Below, piece by piece: positions 38,557 to 48,700 of a stretch of 64,000 nt of DNA (the first letter of the stretch is position 1; each line of letters begins with the position of its first letter). A program made the position numbers and the translations under genes. A model generated the notes under the pieces. It did not search any database and was not told the DNA's origin. It saw nothing but the letters and a program-made list of their open reading frames with translations. Source of the DNA: Thalassobaculaceae bacterium (GTDB lineage Bacteria > Pseudomonadota > Alphaproteobacteria > Thalassobaculales > Thalassobaculaceae); assembly GCA_965228875.1 (NCBI GenBank), contig OZ245843.1, forward strand, positions 1,408,616 to 1,472,615, written 5' to 3'.

Positions 38557-39579
38557 ATGCCCCAACTCTCCGTCCTCGACCAGTCCCCGATCCGCGCCGG
38601 CGCCACGCCGGGCGATGCGGTGGCCGAGACCATCGAACTCGCCCGGCTCGCCGACCGGCTCGGGTTCCACCGCTACTGGGTGGCCGAGCACCACTCGTCC
38701 GACGGTCTCGCCGGCTCGGTTCCGGAAGTCCTGATCGCCCGGCTGGCGAACGAGACGCGGCGGATCCGGATCGGGTCCGGCGGCGTCATGCTGCCGCACT
38801 ACGCGCCGCTCAAGGTGGCGGAGGCCTTCCGCATGCTGGAGGTCATGTATCCGGGTCGGATCGATCTCGGCGTCGGCCGGGCCCCCGGTTCCGACCAGCG
38901 CACCGCCCAGGCACTGGCCTACACCCGTCCCCCGCTTCCGATCGAGTACTTCCCGCGCCAGATCCAGGATCTGCGAGACTGGATGGACGGCTCCCTGGAG
39001 GACGACCATCCGTTCCGCGACGTCTCCGCCCAGCCGGCCGGCCCGACCTCGCCGCCGATCTGGCTGCTCGGCTCCAGCGACCAGGGCGCCCAGGTGGCGG
39101 CCCATTTCGGCACCCCCTACTCCTTCGCCCATTTCATCACCGAGGGCGGCGAGCCGGTGGTGGACATGTACCGCAAGCGCTATCAGCCCTCCGCGCGCTT
39201 CCCCGAACCGGTGGCCAATATCGGCGTCTTCGTGATCTGCGCCGAGACCGAGGAGGAGGCGAAGTACCACGCCGCCTCGCGCGACCTTTGGCGGGTCCGT
39301 CTCGACCAGGGCCACATCACCCCGATCCCGACGCCCGAGGAGGCGCTGACGCACGACTACACCGAGGCCGAGCGCCAGCGCGCCGCCTTCCACCGACGCC
39401 GCAATATCGTCGGTACCCCGGAACAGGTGCGCGAAAAACTGGACGCGCTGCTGGCCCGCTACGGCGTCGACGAGGCGGTGGTCGTCACCATCACCCACGA
39501 CCACGCCGCCCGGCTGCGCTCCTATGAGCTGCTGGCGGAGGTGTACGACCTGGCACCACAGGCGGAGGCGGCGGAATAA
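38557..39579 (+). CDS. LLM class flavin-dependent oxidoreductase (luciferase-like, YhbW type)
   Basis: Motifs LSVLDQSP, RYWVAEHH, GSGGVMLPHY and RIDLGVGRAPG. Confidence 0.92.
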   Translation: MPQLSVLDQSPIRAGATPGDAVAETIELARLADRLGFHRYWVAEHHSSDGLAGSVPEVLIARLANETRRIRIGSGGVMLPHYAPLKVAEAFRMLEVMYPGRIDLGVGRAPGSDQRTAQALAYTRPPLPIEYFPRQIQDLRDWMDGSLEDDHPFRDVSAQPAGPTSPPIWLLGSSDQGAQVAAHFGTPYSFAHFITEGGEPVVDMYRKRYQPSARFPEPVANIGVFVICAETEEEAKYHAASRDLWRVRLDQGHITPIPTPEEALTHDYTEAERQRAAFHRRRNIVGTPEQVREKLDALLARYGVDEAVVVTITHDHAARLRSYELLAEVYDLAPQAEAAE

Positions 39580-39630
39580 CAGCCCAGTTCACTCCCCATC
39601 CTGTAGTGGGAAGTGTCAGATTCTGACGCC

Positions 39631-40325
<695 letters not shown>

Positions 40326-40329
<4 letters not shown>

Positions 40330-41300
40330 GACGCTTGCTTTCTGATCCGGCAGACGAAGAACGCCTCCAGGAAGTCGCTGGGCACCACCCGCATGGCGTG
40401 GCACAGGTCGGGATGGTAGCTGCGCCCCTCCCACTTCGCGAGGCCGGGACGGCCTTCTGGCACGTCGACGCCGATCGGCTCGATCACCGCGTCGTCGTTG
40501 TGGCGGACCAGATGGTCGACCGGCGCCTCGTTCTCCTCCGGCGCGATGGTGCAGGTGGAATAGACCAGCACGCCGCCCGGCCGGAGCTGCTTGAAGGACG
40601 CCACCAGCATGCGCTGCTGCAGCCGGCTCATCTTCTCGATCCGCTCCGGCGTCCAGAACTTGAGCGCGTCGGGCCGCGACAGGTCGGCCATACCCTCGCC
40701 GGAACACTGGGCATCGAGCAGGATCCGGTCGAAGGTCGCATCCATGAACTTGTCCAGGTACTGGCCCTGGATCTCGGTCATATCGACGATCTTTACGTTC
40801 AATAAATCAACAACTTCCTGAAGTTTCCTCAGTCGTGACTTTATCCCGTCGTTGACGTGCAGGCGGGCGCTGTTTCCGGTCAGGGCGGCGATATGCGCCG
40901 CCTTGCCGCCGGGCGAGGAACAGACGTCGAGGATGTCCTCCCCCGGTTCGGGACGCATCGCCAGGGCGGGGATCAGCGACGAGGCGTTCATCACATAGAC
41001 CTCGCCGGCGGCGTGGATCGCGCTTTCAGTCACCGCCTTGCGGTCGCCGAGGATGTGGAACGCATTCGGGCACCAGGGGATCGGCACGACCTCGGTCAGC
41101 GCCTCCAGATCGGCCCGGATCGCCTCGACCGGACGCTCCTTCAGCGGATTGATCCGCACGCTGGAGCGCAGGCCGCCGCTGGCCAGCCGCTCGGCCTCGT
41201 GCGGCTTCACCCCCCAGACGGCGGCGGCGCGGGCGAGAAACCGGTCGCGCCGGCGCTGATCGGCAGGATGCGGTCGCTGTCCGGGCGATCTGCGGGCCAT
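40326..41300 (-). CDS. RsmB/NOP2-family rRNA m5C methyltransferase (RsmF-like)
   Basis: Motifs LDVCSSPGGK, ILLDAQCSGEG and LVYSTCTIAPEENE. No NusB-like N-terminal domain. Confidence 0.88.
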
Positions 41301-41301
41301 G

Positions 41302-42111
41302 CTACTCGAGCCCTCCCGCCCCGCCGGCCAGCGCATGCAGCATGATCGCCGTCGCCGCCGCCAGGTTCAGGCTGTCGGCACCGGGACGCATCGGGATGCG
41401 GACCAGGGTATCGCAGGCCCTGGCCATCTCCGTTGGCAGGCCCGCCTGCTCGTTGCCCATGAGCAGGACGGTCGGCGTCTCCGCCCGCAGGCCCTCCGGC
41501 CGGTGGGGGCCTGCCAGGTGGGTGCCGACGACGCGGCCGCTCCAGGTCTCGCGCCACGCCAGGAAATCCGTCGCGTCGCAGCGCACCAGCGGCACATTGA
41601 CGATCGCCCCCATGGTCGCCCGCACCGCCTCCACCGAGAACGGGTCCACCGTGTGACCGATCAGGATCACGCCGCGGGCGCCGAACGCGTCGGCGCTGCG
41701 CATGACGGAACCGAGATTGCCCGGATCGCGCACGCTCTCCAGCGCGACCCAGAGGGCGCCCGGCTCCGGCACGACGACGGAGAGCGGGCTGGTTTTCCGC
41801 CCGATCACCGCGATCACGCTCTGGGCGTTGTCGCGCCTGGCGATGCGCGTCATCAGTTCGCCACTGACGGTGATGACCCGGCCGCCGGCCCCCAGGCAGG
41901 CGTTCCGGGCCTCGTCGAGCACGCCGCTCGGTGGCTGTCTGTCGGCGACGATCAGCCGACGGATGATCCAGCCGGCCCGCGCCGCCTCGACGACGTGCCG
42001 CAGTCCCTCGGACAGGAAAGCGTCCTGCTCCTGGCGCCCCTTCTTGGTGGCGAGCGCCCGGATCGCCTTGATCTCGGGGTTGGAGGCACTGGTGATGACG
42101 GTGTCAGCCAT
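41302..42111 (-). CDS. TrmH/SpoU family RNA methyltransferase
   Basis: Motifs ITSASNP, RDPGNLGSVMRSA, MGNEQAGL and IPMRPGADSLNLA. Confidence 0.92.
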   Translation of the reverse strand: MADTVITSASNPEIKAIRALATKKGRQEQDAFLSEGLRHVVEAARAGWIIRRLIVADRQPPSGVLDEARNACLGAGGRVITVSGELMTRIARRDNAQSVIAVIGRKTSPLSVVVPEPGALWVALESVRDPGNLGSVMRSADAFGARGVILIGHTVDPFSVEAVRATMGAIVNVPLVRCDATDFLAWRETWSGRVVGTHLAGPHRPEGLRAETPTVLLMGNEQAGLPTEMARACDTLVRIPMRPGADSLNLAAATAIMLHALAGGAGGLE

Positions 42112-43030
42112 GACGGTCCCACCGGACATAGAGCGAGGTCGGCAGCAGGCGGCCGCTGCCCTCCTCGCGGATCGTCATCTCGCCATGGGAGATCGCGCCG
42201 CCAAGCCCGTCGAACGCGTCCTCGACCAGGCGCCGCAGTGTGATCGGTGACAGGTGGGTCGCATAGACGGTCAGCACCATGAAGGACGACCCGCCGTCGA
42301 GCAGCGCGCGCACATCGGCCAGCAGATCGGGAAGCTGCTCCTCCAGGCGCCAGACCTCGTTCTTCGGGCCGCGTCCGTATTTCGGCGGATCCAGGACGAT
42401 ACCGTCGTAGCGGTTGCCGCGCCGCACCTCACGGGCGACGAACCGGGCGGCGTCGTCGCAGATCCAGCGCACCGGCGCGGCCGCCAGCCCCGACTCCTCC
42501 TGGTTCGCCCGCGCCCAGGCGATCGCCTTCTTCGAGGCGTCCACATGGGTGACCTTCGCGCCCTGCGCCGCCGGCAACAGCGAGGCGAGCCCGGTATAGC
42601 CGAACAGGTTCAACAGACTGGCCCCGTCGCCGACCCGCGCGCTCACGAAGTCCCAATGCACCCGCTGTTCGGGGAAGACGCCCACATGGCGGAATCCGGA
42701 GAGCTGCGCCTGACACCGTACGTCGCCGTACCTCAGGGGCCAGGCGTCATCGGCATGGCGCCGGACGATCTCCCAGCGCCCCTGTCCCTCCTCGTCCCTG
42801 CCGGCGATGAACCGGGCGTCGGCGGCGGCCCAGGCCTCGGGACCCTGGCTGCGCCGCCACAGCGCCTGGCTGTCCGGGCGGTCGAGCACGCGGGCGCCGA
42901 ACCGCTCGAGCTTGCGGCCCTCGCCGCTGTCCAGCAGCGCGTAATCGGGCCACGGCTCGGCGATCAGCGTTTCGGAATGCGGTACAGCCGACACGGGCGA
43001 GAATCCGTCAGATTGCGAAGCGCGGGACAA
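42104..43030 (-). CDS. Class I SAM-dependent RNA methyltransferase (RlmI-like)
   Basis: Motifs YALLDSGEGRKLERFG, HVGVFPEQ, LNLFGYTG and LDPPKYG. Start uncertain (TTG 43030 or GTG 42994). Confidence 0.88.
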   Translation of the reverse strand: MSRASQSDGFSPVSAVPHSETLIAEPWPDYALLDSGEGRKLERFGARVLDRPDSQALWRRSQGPEAWAAADARFIAGRDEEGQGRWEIVRRHADDAWPLRYGDVRCQAQLSGFRHVGVFPEQRVHWDFVSARVGDGASLLNLFGYTGLASLLPAAQGAKVTHVDASKKAIAWARANQEESGLAAAPVRWICDDAARFVAREVRRGNRYDGIVLDPPKYGRGPKNEVWRLEEQLPDLLADVRALLDGGSSFMVLTVYATHLSPITLRRLVEDAFDGLGGAISHGEMTIREEGSGRLLPTSLYVRWDRHG

Positions 43031-43087
43031 TAGCGCCGACGACCTGCGATGCCAAACCGGGTCGTGGTGGTGGCAGCGAGGGTCTCA

Positions 43088-43825
43088 CTACCCGTCCGGC
43101 CGCAGTCTGGGTTCCGGAATGCTGTCGACCGTTTCCCGGATCCCGGCGGAATAGCGTGCCTTCAGGTCGGTGAAATACGGATCGTTGTTCTTGTATTTCA
43201 TCATGTTGCGGGTGGAGAAACTGTCGGTCTCGTAGCACAGGACGTCGATCGGCGCGCCGACCGAGAGGTTGGAACGGATCGTGGCGTCGAACGAGACCAG
43301 CGCCAACTTGGCCGCCCGCGCGAGCGAGTTGTCGAAGCGCAGCGCCCGGTCGAGGATCGGCTTGCCGTACTTGGTCTCGCCGATCTGAAGGTAGTGGTTG
43401 CGCGGCGTCGCCTCGACGAAATTCCCGGCGGAATAGATCTGAAACAGCCTCGGCGGTTCGCCGCGGATCTGTCCGGCGAGCAGAAAGGTGCCGTTGGGGT
43501 CGCCGAACTTCTCCACATGTTCGCCGTCGCGCTCGAGAATCCGGCGCAGCAGGGCGCCCACGGCCTGCGCCACATCGAACATGGAGTTATGCAGGAACAG
43601 GTCCCGCTCCGGCGTCCCGGTGCCCGCCGCCTGCCGCAGGGTCGTGACCACGGTCTGGGTCGTCGCCAGGTTGCCGGCGGAAAGCAGGGCGATCACCGCC
43701 TTGTCCGGGTTCTCCAGGATCGCCAGCTTGCGCACGGTGGCGATCTGATCGACCCCCGCATTGGTCCGCGAGTCGGAGGCAAGGACCAGCCCCTCCGGCA
43801 GCAGGATGCCAAGGCAATACGTCAT
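43088..43825 (-). CDS. Proteasome-type protease (Anbu)
   Basis: N-terminal MTYCLG...LASDSRTNAGVD with catalytic Thr. Also SAGNLATTQ, QIGETKYGKPILDR and SNLSVG. Confidence 0.92.
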   Translation of the reverse strand: MTYCLGILLPEGLVLASDSRTNAGVDQIATVRKLAILENPDKAVIALLSAGNLATTQTVVTTLRQAAGTGTPERDLFLHNSMFDVAQAVGALLRRILERDGEHVEKFGDPNGTFLLAGQIRGEPPRLFQIYSAGNFVEATPRNHYLQIGETKYGKPILDRALRFDNSLARAAKLALVSFDATIRSNLSVGAPIDVLCYETDSFSTRNMMKYKNNDPYFTDLKARYSAGIRETVDSIPEPRLRPDG

Positions 43826-43913
43826 CGAACGATCCTCCGCGAAATCCCGGACATCTGCGTGCCGGTCCACGGCACGTTGACCGCACCCGGTCCGGGATGC
43901 AATGCCATCGCCC

Positions 43914-44384
43914 ATGTCCGGGGAAAAACACCTTCTCGTCATCGCCCACGCACCGTCGCCGAACACCGCCCGGCTGCGCGACGCCGTCGCCGAAGGCGCC
44001 CGCAGCCCGGAGATCGCCGGGATCGCGGTCACGGTGCTCTCGCCCTTCGACGCCACGCCGGACCAAGTCCTGGCGGCGGATGCGCTGATCCTCGGGACCA
44101 CCGAGAACCTCGGCTACATGAGCGGCGCGCTGAAGGACTTCTTTGACCGCTGCTACTATCCCTGCCTGGAGCGGACCCAGGGCCGTCCTTACGCGCTCTA
44201 CATCCGGGCCGGACACGACGGGACCGGCACGCGCCGCGGCGTCGAGACCATAGTGACGGGGTTACGTTGGAAGGCTGTCCAGGAGCCCCTGCTCTGTCGC
44301 GGCGCCTGGGACGAGGCCTTCGTCGCCAGGGCGCATGAACTCGGGATGTCCATGGCCGCAGGTCTGGAAGCCGGCATCTTCTGA
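43914..44384 (+). CDS. Flavodoxin family protein
   Basis: Motifs HAPSPNT, LGTTENLGYMSGALKDFFDR and AGHDGTG. Confidence 0.88.
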   Translation: MSGEKHLLVIAHAPSPNTARLRDAVAEGARSPEIAGIAVTVLSPFDATPDQVLAADALILGTTENLGYMSGALKDFFDRCYYPCLERTQGRPYALYIRAGHDGTGTRRGVETIVTGLRWKAVQEPLLCRGAWDEAFVARAHELGMSMAAGLEAGIF

Positions 44385-44391
44385 CGGCGCG

Positions 44392-45000
44392 TCAGCCTTC
44401 CTTGACGATCGAGAGTGCCTCGCGGAAGGCCGGGTGATCGGCGCTCCGCATCCACTCGAAGATCAGCGCCTCGACGGTGACCGGAACCGCCCCCGCCGCC
44501 CGCAGGCGGGCAAGTCCGGCCTCCCGGTCGACCGCCCGGCGGCTGCCGCAGGCATCCTCCACCACCGCCACGCGCCAGCCGCGGCGACCAAGCCCGAGCA
44601 CGGTCTGGGCGACACAGACATGGGCCTCCACCCCGGCCACGACCGCGATCGGACGGCCAAGGCCCGCGAGCGTGTCGGCAAGCCCAGGCTCCCGCGTCGC
44701 GTCGAAGCTTCGTTTGGCCAGAATGCGCCCGGTTCCCAGCCGATCGCGGAGCGCCGGGACGGTCGGGCCGATGGCGTCCGCGCAATGCTCGGTCGCCCGC
44801 ATCGAGACGCCAAGCAGATCGGCGGCGCGGACCAGGCGATCGAGCGCCGCGAGCACCTCGGCGCCGCCGTCGATCGCCGGCATCAGGCGCGCCTGAGCAT
44901 CGACGATCATCACCAGGCAGGAATCCCCCGGGAACGACGCGCGGTCGAAAGTGTTAAGGTCCAGTGAATCCGCGCGTTTCGGCCCGTCTTTGATTGACAT
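44392..45000 (-). CDS. Isochorismatase (cysteine hydrolase) family protein; true start probably downstream of 45000
   Basis: Motifs IVDAQ, TEH, KRSFDA and AGVEAHVCVAQT. Confidence 0.85.
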   Translation of the reverse strand: MSIKDGPKRADSLDLNTFDRASFPGDSCLVMIVDAQARLMPAIDGGAEVLAALDRLVRAADLLGVSMRATEHCADAIGPTVPALRDRLGTGRILAKRSFDATREPGLADTLAGLGRPIAVVAGVEAHVCVAQTVLGLGRRGWRVAVVEDACGSRRAVDREAGLARLRAAGAVPVTVEALIFEWMRSADHPAFREALSIVKEG

Positions 45001-45021
45001 GAAAGGTTTTACCCTTATAGT
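44994..45021 (+). promoter_or_regulatory. Sigma70 promoter of the DEAD-box helicase gene
   Basis: TTGACA-N16-TATAGT, ending about 54 bp before the ATG. Confidence 0.75.
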
Positions 45022-45074
45022 CCCGGCGCATCTCTACTGGCTTCTCGACCAGAGAGCTCACAACTTAAGACGAC

Positions 45075-46646
45075 ATGCCCGATACAGAAAAGAACTTCGC
45101 CGATCTCGGCCTCTCGGACGAGATCGTTGCTGCCGTCGGCGCCGCCGGCTATTCCGCCCCTACTCCGATCCAGGAGAAGGCCATTCCCTACGTGCTGATG
45201 GGCCGCGACGTACTCGGCTGCGCCCAGACCGGCACCGGAAAGACGGCCTCCTTCACCCTGCCGATGATCGACATCCTGTCGGCCGGCAAGGCGAAGGCGC
45301 GGATGCCGCGATCGCTGATCATCGCACCGACCCGCGAACTGGCGGCGCAGGTGGCCGAAAACTTCACCAAATACGGCGTCAACACCAAGCTGACGATGGC
45401 ATTGCTGATCGGCGGCGTGTCGTTCGACGACCAGGAAGCGAAGCTGGATCGCGGCGTCGATGTCCTGATCGCCACACCCGGCCGCCTGCTCGACCATTTC
45501 GAGCGCGGCAAGGTGCTGTTGACGGACGTGAAGATCCTGGTGATCGATGAAGCCGACCGGATGCTGGACATGGGCTTCATTCCGGATGTCGAGCGCATCG
45601 TGTCGCTGCTGCCGACCATCCGCCAGACCCTGTTCTTCTCGGCGACCATGGCGCCGGAGATCAAGCGGATCGCCGACAAGTTCCTGATGAACCCTCGGGA
45701 AGTGACGGTCGCTCCGCCGGCGTCCACCGCCGACACCGTCGCGCAGCACCTGGTGCGCTGCACGGCGAAGGAGAAGCGGGAGGTTCTGCGCAGCATCATC
45801 AACCGCGAGAACGTCGAGAGCGCCCTAATCTTCTGCAACCGCAAGCGCGATATCGGCATCCTGCACCGCTCCCTCGTCCGCCACGGTTTCGACGCCGTCC
45901 AGCTGCACGGCGACATGACCCAGCCGGCGCGGATGGAAACGCTGAAGAAGTTCAAGAACGGCGAAGCGCGGATGGTCGTGTGCAGCGATGTCGCCGCCCG
46001 CGGTCTCGACATCAAGGGCCTGAGCCACGTCTTCAATTTCGACGTGCCGTCGAACGCCGAGGACTACGTGCACCGGATCGGCCGCACCGGCCGCGCCGGC
46101 ATGACCGGGCGCGCCTTCACCCTCACGACTGCCGACGATGCCAAGTTCCTGTCCGCCGTCACCCGTCTGATCAAGAAAGACATCCCGGAGATCGACGTCG
46201 ACGGCGAGCAGGTGGGCGGTGGCGCCCCCCGCGCCACGGCCACGGAAGCCGGCGAAGAGGAGACCAAGCCCGCCGCCGAGAAACGCCCCCGGCGGGCGCG
46301 CGGCGGTCGCAAGTCCGGCGCCAAGGAAGGCGCCGCGGCCGGAACGCCCAGCGATACCCGGTCCGACAAGCCGACCGCCGACAAGCCGTCCACTGAGAAC
46401 GCGACCACCGAGAAGGCGACTCCCGCCAAGACGACGAACACCAGGACGGCCAGCACGAAGACAGCCAGCACGAAGACGGGCGAAGCGTCGGTCACGGGCG
46501 GGGGCGTGGTCGAGCAGTTTCCGGAGAAGCGCCGCCGTGGCGGACGCGATGGCGGCCGGGACGACCGATCCCGCGTGGTCGGGTTCGGCGACGACGTGCC
46601 GGCCTTCCTGCTCCGGCCGGTACCGAAGAAGGCGATGGGCGGCTGA
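45075..46646 (+). CDS. DEAD/DEAH box RNA helicase (RhlE-like)
   Basis: Q motif, AQTGTGKT, PTRELA, DEAD, SAT, ARGLD and HRIGRTGRAG, followed by a low-complexity C-terminal tail. Confidence 0.95.
   Translation: MPDTEKNFADLGLSDEIVAAVGAAGYSAPTPIQEKAIPYVLMGRDVLGCAQTGTGKTASFTLPMIDILSAGKAKARMPRSLIIAPTRELAAQVAENFTKYGVNTKLTMALLIGGVSFDDQEAKLDRGVDVLIATPGRLLDHFERGKVLLTDVKILVIDEADRMLDMGFIPDVERIVSLLPTIRQTLFFSATMAPEIKRIADKFLMNPREVTVAPPASTADTVAQHLVRCTAKEKREVLRSIINRENVESALIFCNRKRDIGILHRSLVRHGFDAVQLHGDMTQPARMETLKKFKNGEARMVVCSDVAARGLDIKGLSHVFNFDVPSNAEDYVHRIGRTGRAGMTGRAFTLTTADDAKFLSAVTRLIKKDIPEIDVDGEQVGGGAPRATATEAGEEETKPAAEKRPRRARGGRKSGAKEGAAAGTPSDTRSDKPTADKPSTENATTEKATPAKTTNTRTASTKTASTKTGEASVTGGGVVEQFPEKRRRGGRDGGRDDRSRVVGFGDDVPAFLLRPVPKKAMGG
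46365..46480 (+). repeat. Degenerate 15-bp coding tandem repeat in helicase tail
   Basis: ACGGCCAGCACGAAG then ACAGCCAGCACGAAG (46446-46475). Five-residue period: DKPTA DKPST ENATT EKATP AKTTN TRTAS TKTAS. Confidence 0.6.
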
Positions 46647-46734
46647 CCCGCCCGTCTCTCCAATTCCTGGCCGCTTGATTCCGATGCGCCCCTGGCCGAC
46701 CATGCCGGCCTCGGACAACATGCGGTGAGCCGAT

Positions 46735-46977
46735 ATGCAGACCATCTTCATTCAGGTCAAATGCGACCTCGGCAAGGCCTATGACGTCGCCGACGCGGCG
46801 GTGCTCGACGTCGAGGAGGTCTCGGAGGTCTATTCCACTTCCGGCCAGTACGACCTGCTGATGAAGTGCTACCTTCCGGATGAATCCGATATCGGCCGCT
46901 TCGTGACCGAACACGTTCAGACCCTGCCGGGCGTGAAGGACACGTTCACGCTGATCACCTTCAAGGCGTTCGGGTAG
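46735..46977 (+). CDS. Stand-alone Lrp/AsnC ligand-binding (RAM) domain protein
   Basis: EVYSTSGQYDLLMK...LPGVKDTFTLI. 80 aa with no HTH. Confidence 0.85.
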   Translation: MQTIFIQVKCDLGKAYDVADAAVLDVEEVSEVYSTSGQYDLLMKCYLPDESDIGRFVTEHVQTLPGVKDTFTLITFKAFG

Positions 46978-47054
46978 CCGGGGACGCCCGGGTCCGTCGC
47001 GCGCCCTTCCCGGGCGCCAGCACCGGACCGGCTTCGGGCCGGCGTCAGCCTGTT

Positions 47055-47942
47055 CTATCCCGCGTGTTCCCGCCAGTGGTCGGCGATCTCCCCCGCCTCG
47101 CACAGCCAGATGTCGTCGCGATGCCCGGCGATATGCTCAAGGGCGGCCCGCAGCGGGCGCAGCCGGTGCGGCTGCCCGATGATGTAGGGGTGCAGGGCGA
47201 TGCCCATGACCAGCGGCTGCTTGGCGGACTGGGCCAACTGCTCGTCGAAACCGTCGAAGATCATCTCGGCGAAGGCGCGGCCCTCGACCTTGCGGGCGAT
47301 CACCGCCGGAATGTCGTTCAGCTCCTGCGGGTAGGGGACGGACAGGATGCGCCCGCCGTCCCGCGTCGCCATCCAGATCGGCTGGTCGTCGTGGCACCAG
47401 TCCAGCAGGTAGTCGTAGCCAGCCTCCGCCAGCAGGTCGGGCGTGGCACGACTCTGGGAGATCCAGGGCCCGAGCCAGCCCTTCGGCCGCCTTCCCTCCT
47501 CGCGCTCGATTGTGGCCGTCGTCTCGGCGATCAACGCCCGCTCGGCCGCCTCGTCCAGCACGCCCTGACGCTCCGAGTTCGTACGGCCGTGGCCCACGAC
47601 CTCGTCGCCGCGCCTGCGGAACGCCTCCATGATGCCGGGTGCCGCGGCATAGGTCTCGCTGTTCGCCAGGACGCTGACCGGCAGCTCCAGGCGATAGAGC
47701 TCGTCCAGCAGCCGCCACACACCGACACGGTTGCCATAGTCGCGCCACGCGTAGTTCAGCACGTCCGGCTGCGGAAGACCGACCGACGCGCCGGGCGCAA
47801 GCTCCGCCCCGAGGCCCTCGCCGAAGGCGAACACCTCGATGTTCAACGCGATGTAAACCGCGAGCCGCTTGCCGCCCGGCCAGTCCGGCGCGGCGCGGCC
47901 CTCGATAGGCGAATAGGGATAGCGGCCGTGGTCGGCGAGCAC
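47055..47942 (-). CDS. Polysaccharide deacetylase family protein (PuuE allantoinase-like)
   Basis: Motifs WPGGKRLAV, WRDYGNRVG, VGHG, GWLGP, DDQP and IALHPYI. GTG start at 47942. Confidence 0.85.
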   Translation of the reverse strand: MLADHGRYPYSPIEGRAAPDWPGGKRLAVYIALNIEVFAFGEGLGAELAPGASVGLPQPDVLNYAWRDYGNRVGVWRLLDELYRLELPVSVLANSETYAAAPGIMEAFRRRGDEVVGHGRTNSERQGVLDEAAERALIAETTATIEREEGRRPKGWLGPWISQSRATPDLLAEAGYDYLLDWCHDDQPIWMATRDGGRILSVPYPQELNDIPAVIARKVEGRAFAEMIFDGFDEQLAQSAKQPLVMGIALHPYIIGQPHRLRPLRAALEHIAGHRDDIWLCEAGEIADHWREHAG

Positions 47943-47955
47943 CGGCCGGTCGCCC

Positions 47956-48654
47956 CTATTCCGCCGCCATCGCGGGCGCCAGGCCGAGGCCGTTGGTCTG
48001 GCCCAGTTGGACCGCTCCGATCGCCATCGCCACGGCCGCCTGGGTCGGGTCGACCACCGGAAGGCCGAGCCGGTCCGACAGCCGCTCGCGGTAGCGCGCC
48101 ATGCCGGCGCACCCCATGACAAGCACGTCCGCGCCATCGGTGTCGCGCAGGATGGCACCGACCTGGACCATGCGCTCGAAGGTCCTGCTCTCGTCCGAGA
48201 GCTCGACCACGCCGAGCTCGATGGCCCGGTCGTTCGCCAGGCGCCCCTCCAGGCCGAGACCGCGGAAGTAGCGCATGTGGCGGGGGATCGAGCGACTGAG
48301 AATGGCGATGACACCGACCCTGGCGCCGAGCGACATGGCGGTCAGCATGCCGCTCTCGGCGATGCCGAAGACCGGTCGTCGGGTCGCCTCGCGCGCGGCG
48401 TAGATTCCCGGATCGGAGAAACAGGCGATGACGAAGGCAGCCGCCTCGGCGTCGCGTTCGGCGACGATCCGGCGGATGTCCCGGGACACGTCGTCAGCAT
48501 GGGCCTGACACTCGATGCCCGGCGGGCCGTTGCGGTTGGTCACGCTCTCGATCTCGGGCGCACCGGCCATCCGCAACGGGTCTAGCGCCCGATCCATGGA
48601 CGCGGTGCAGTCCTCGGTCGAATTCGGGTTGATGACGATGATGCGTCCGGTCAT
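47956..48654 (-). CDS. Asp/Glu/hydantoin racemase family protein (allantoin racemase-like)
   Basis: Two-Cys motifs VINPNST, IACFSDPG and MGCAGM. Confidence 0.9.
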   Translation of the reverse strand: MTGRIIVINPNSTEDCTASMDRALDPLRMAGAPEIESVTNRNGPPGIECQAHADDVSRDIRRIVAERDAEAAAFVIACFSDPGIYAAREATRRPVFGIAESGMLTAMSLGARVGVIAILSRSIPRHMRYFRGLGLEGRLANDRAIELGVVELSDESRTFERMVQVGAILRDTDGADVLVMGCAGMARYRERLSDRLGLPVVDPTQAAVAMAIGAVQLGQTNGLGLAPAMAAE

Positions 48655-48700
48655 GTCCGCCTCCTGGTGACGTTCCTGGCGTGTCGAGGCCTCGGTCCCG

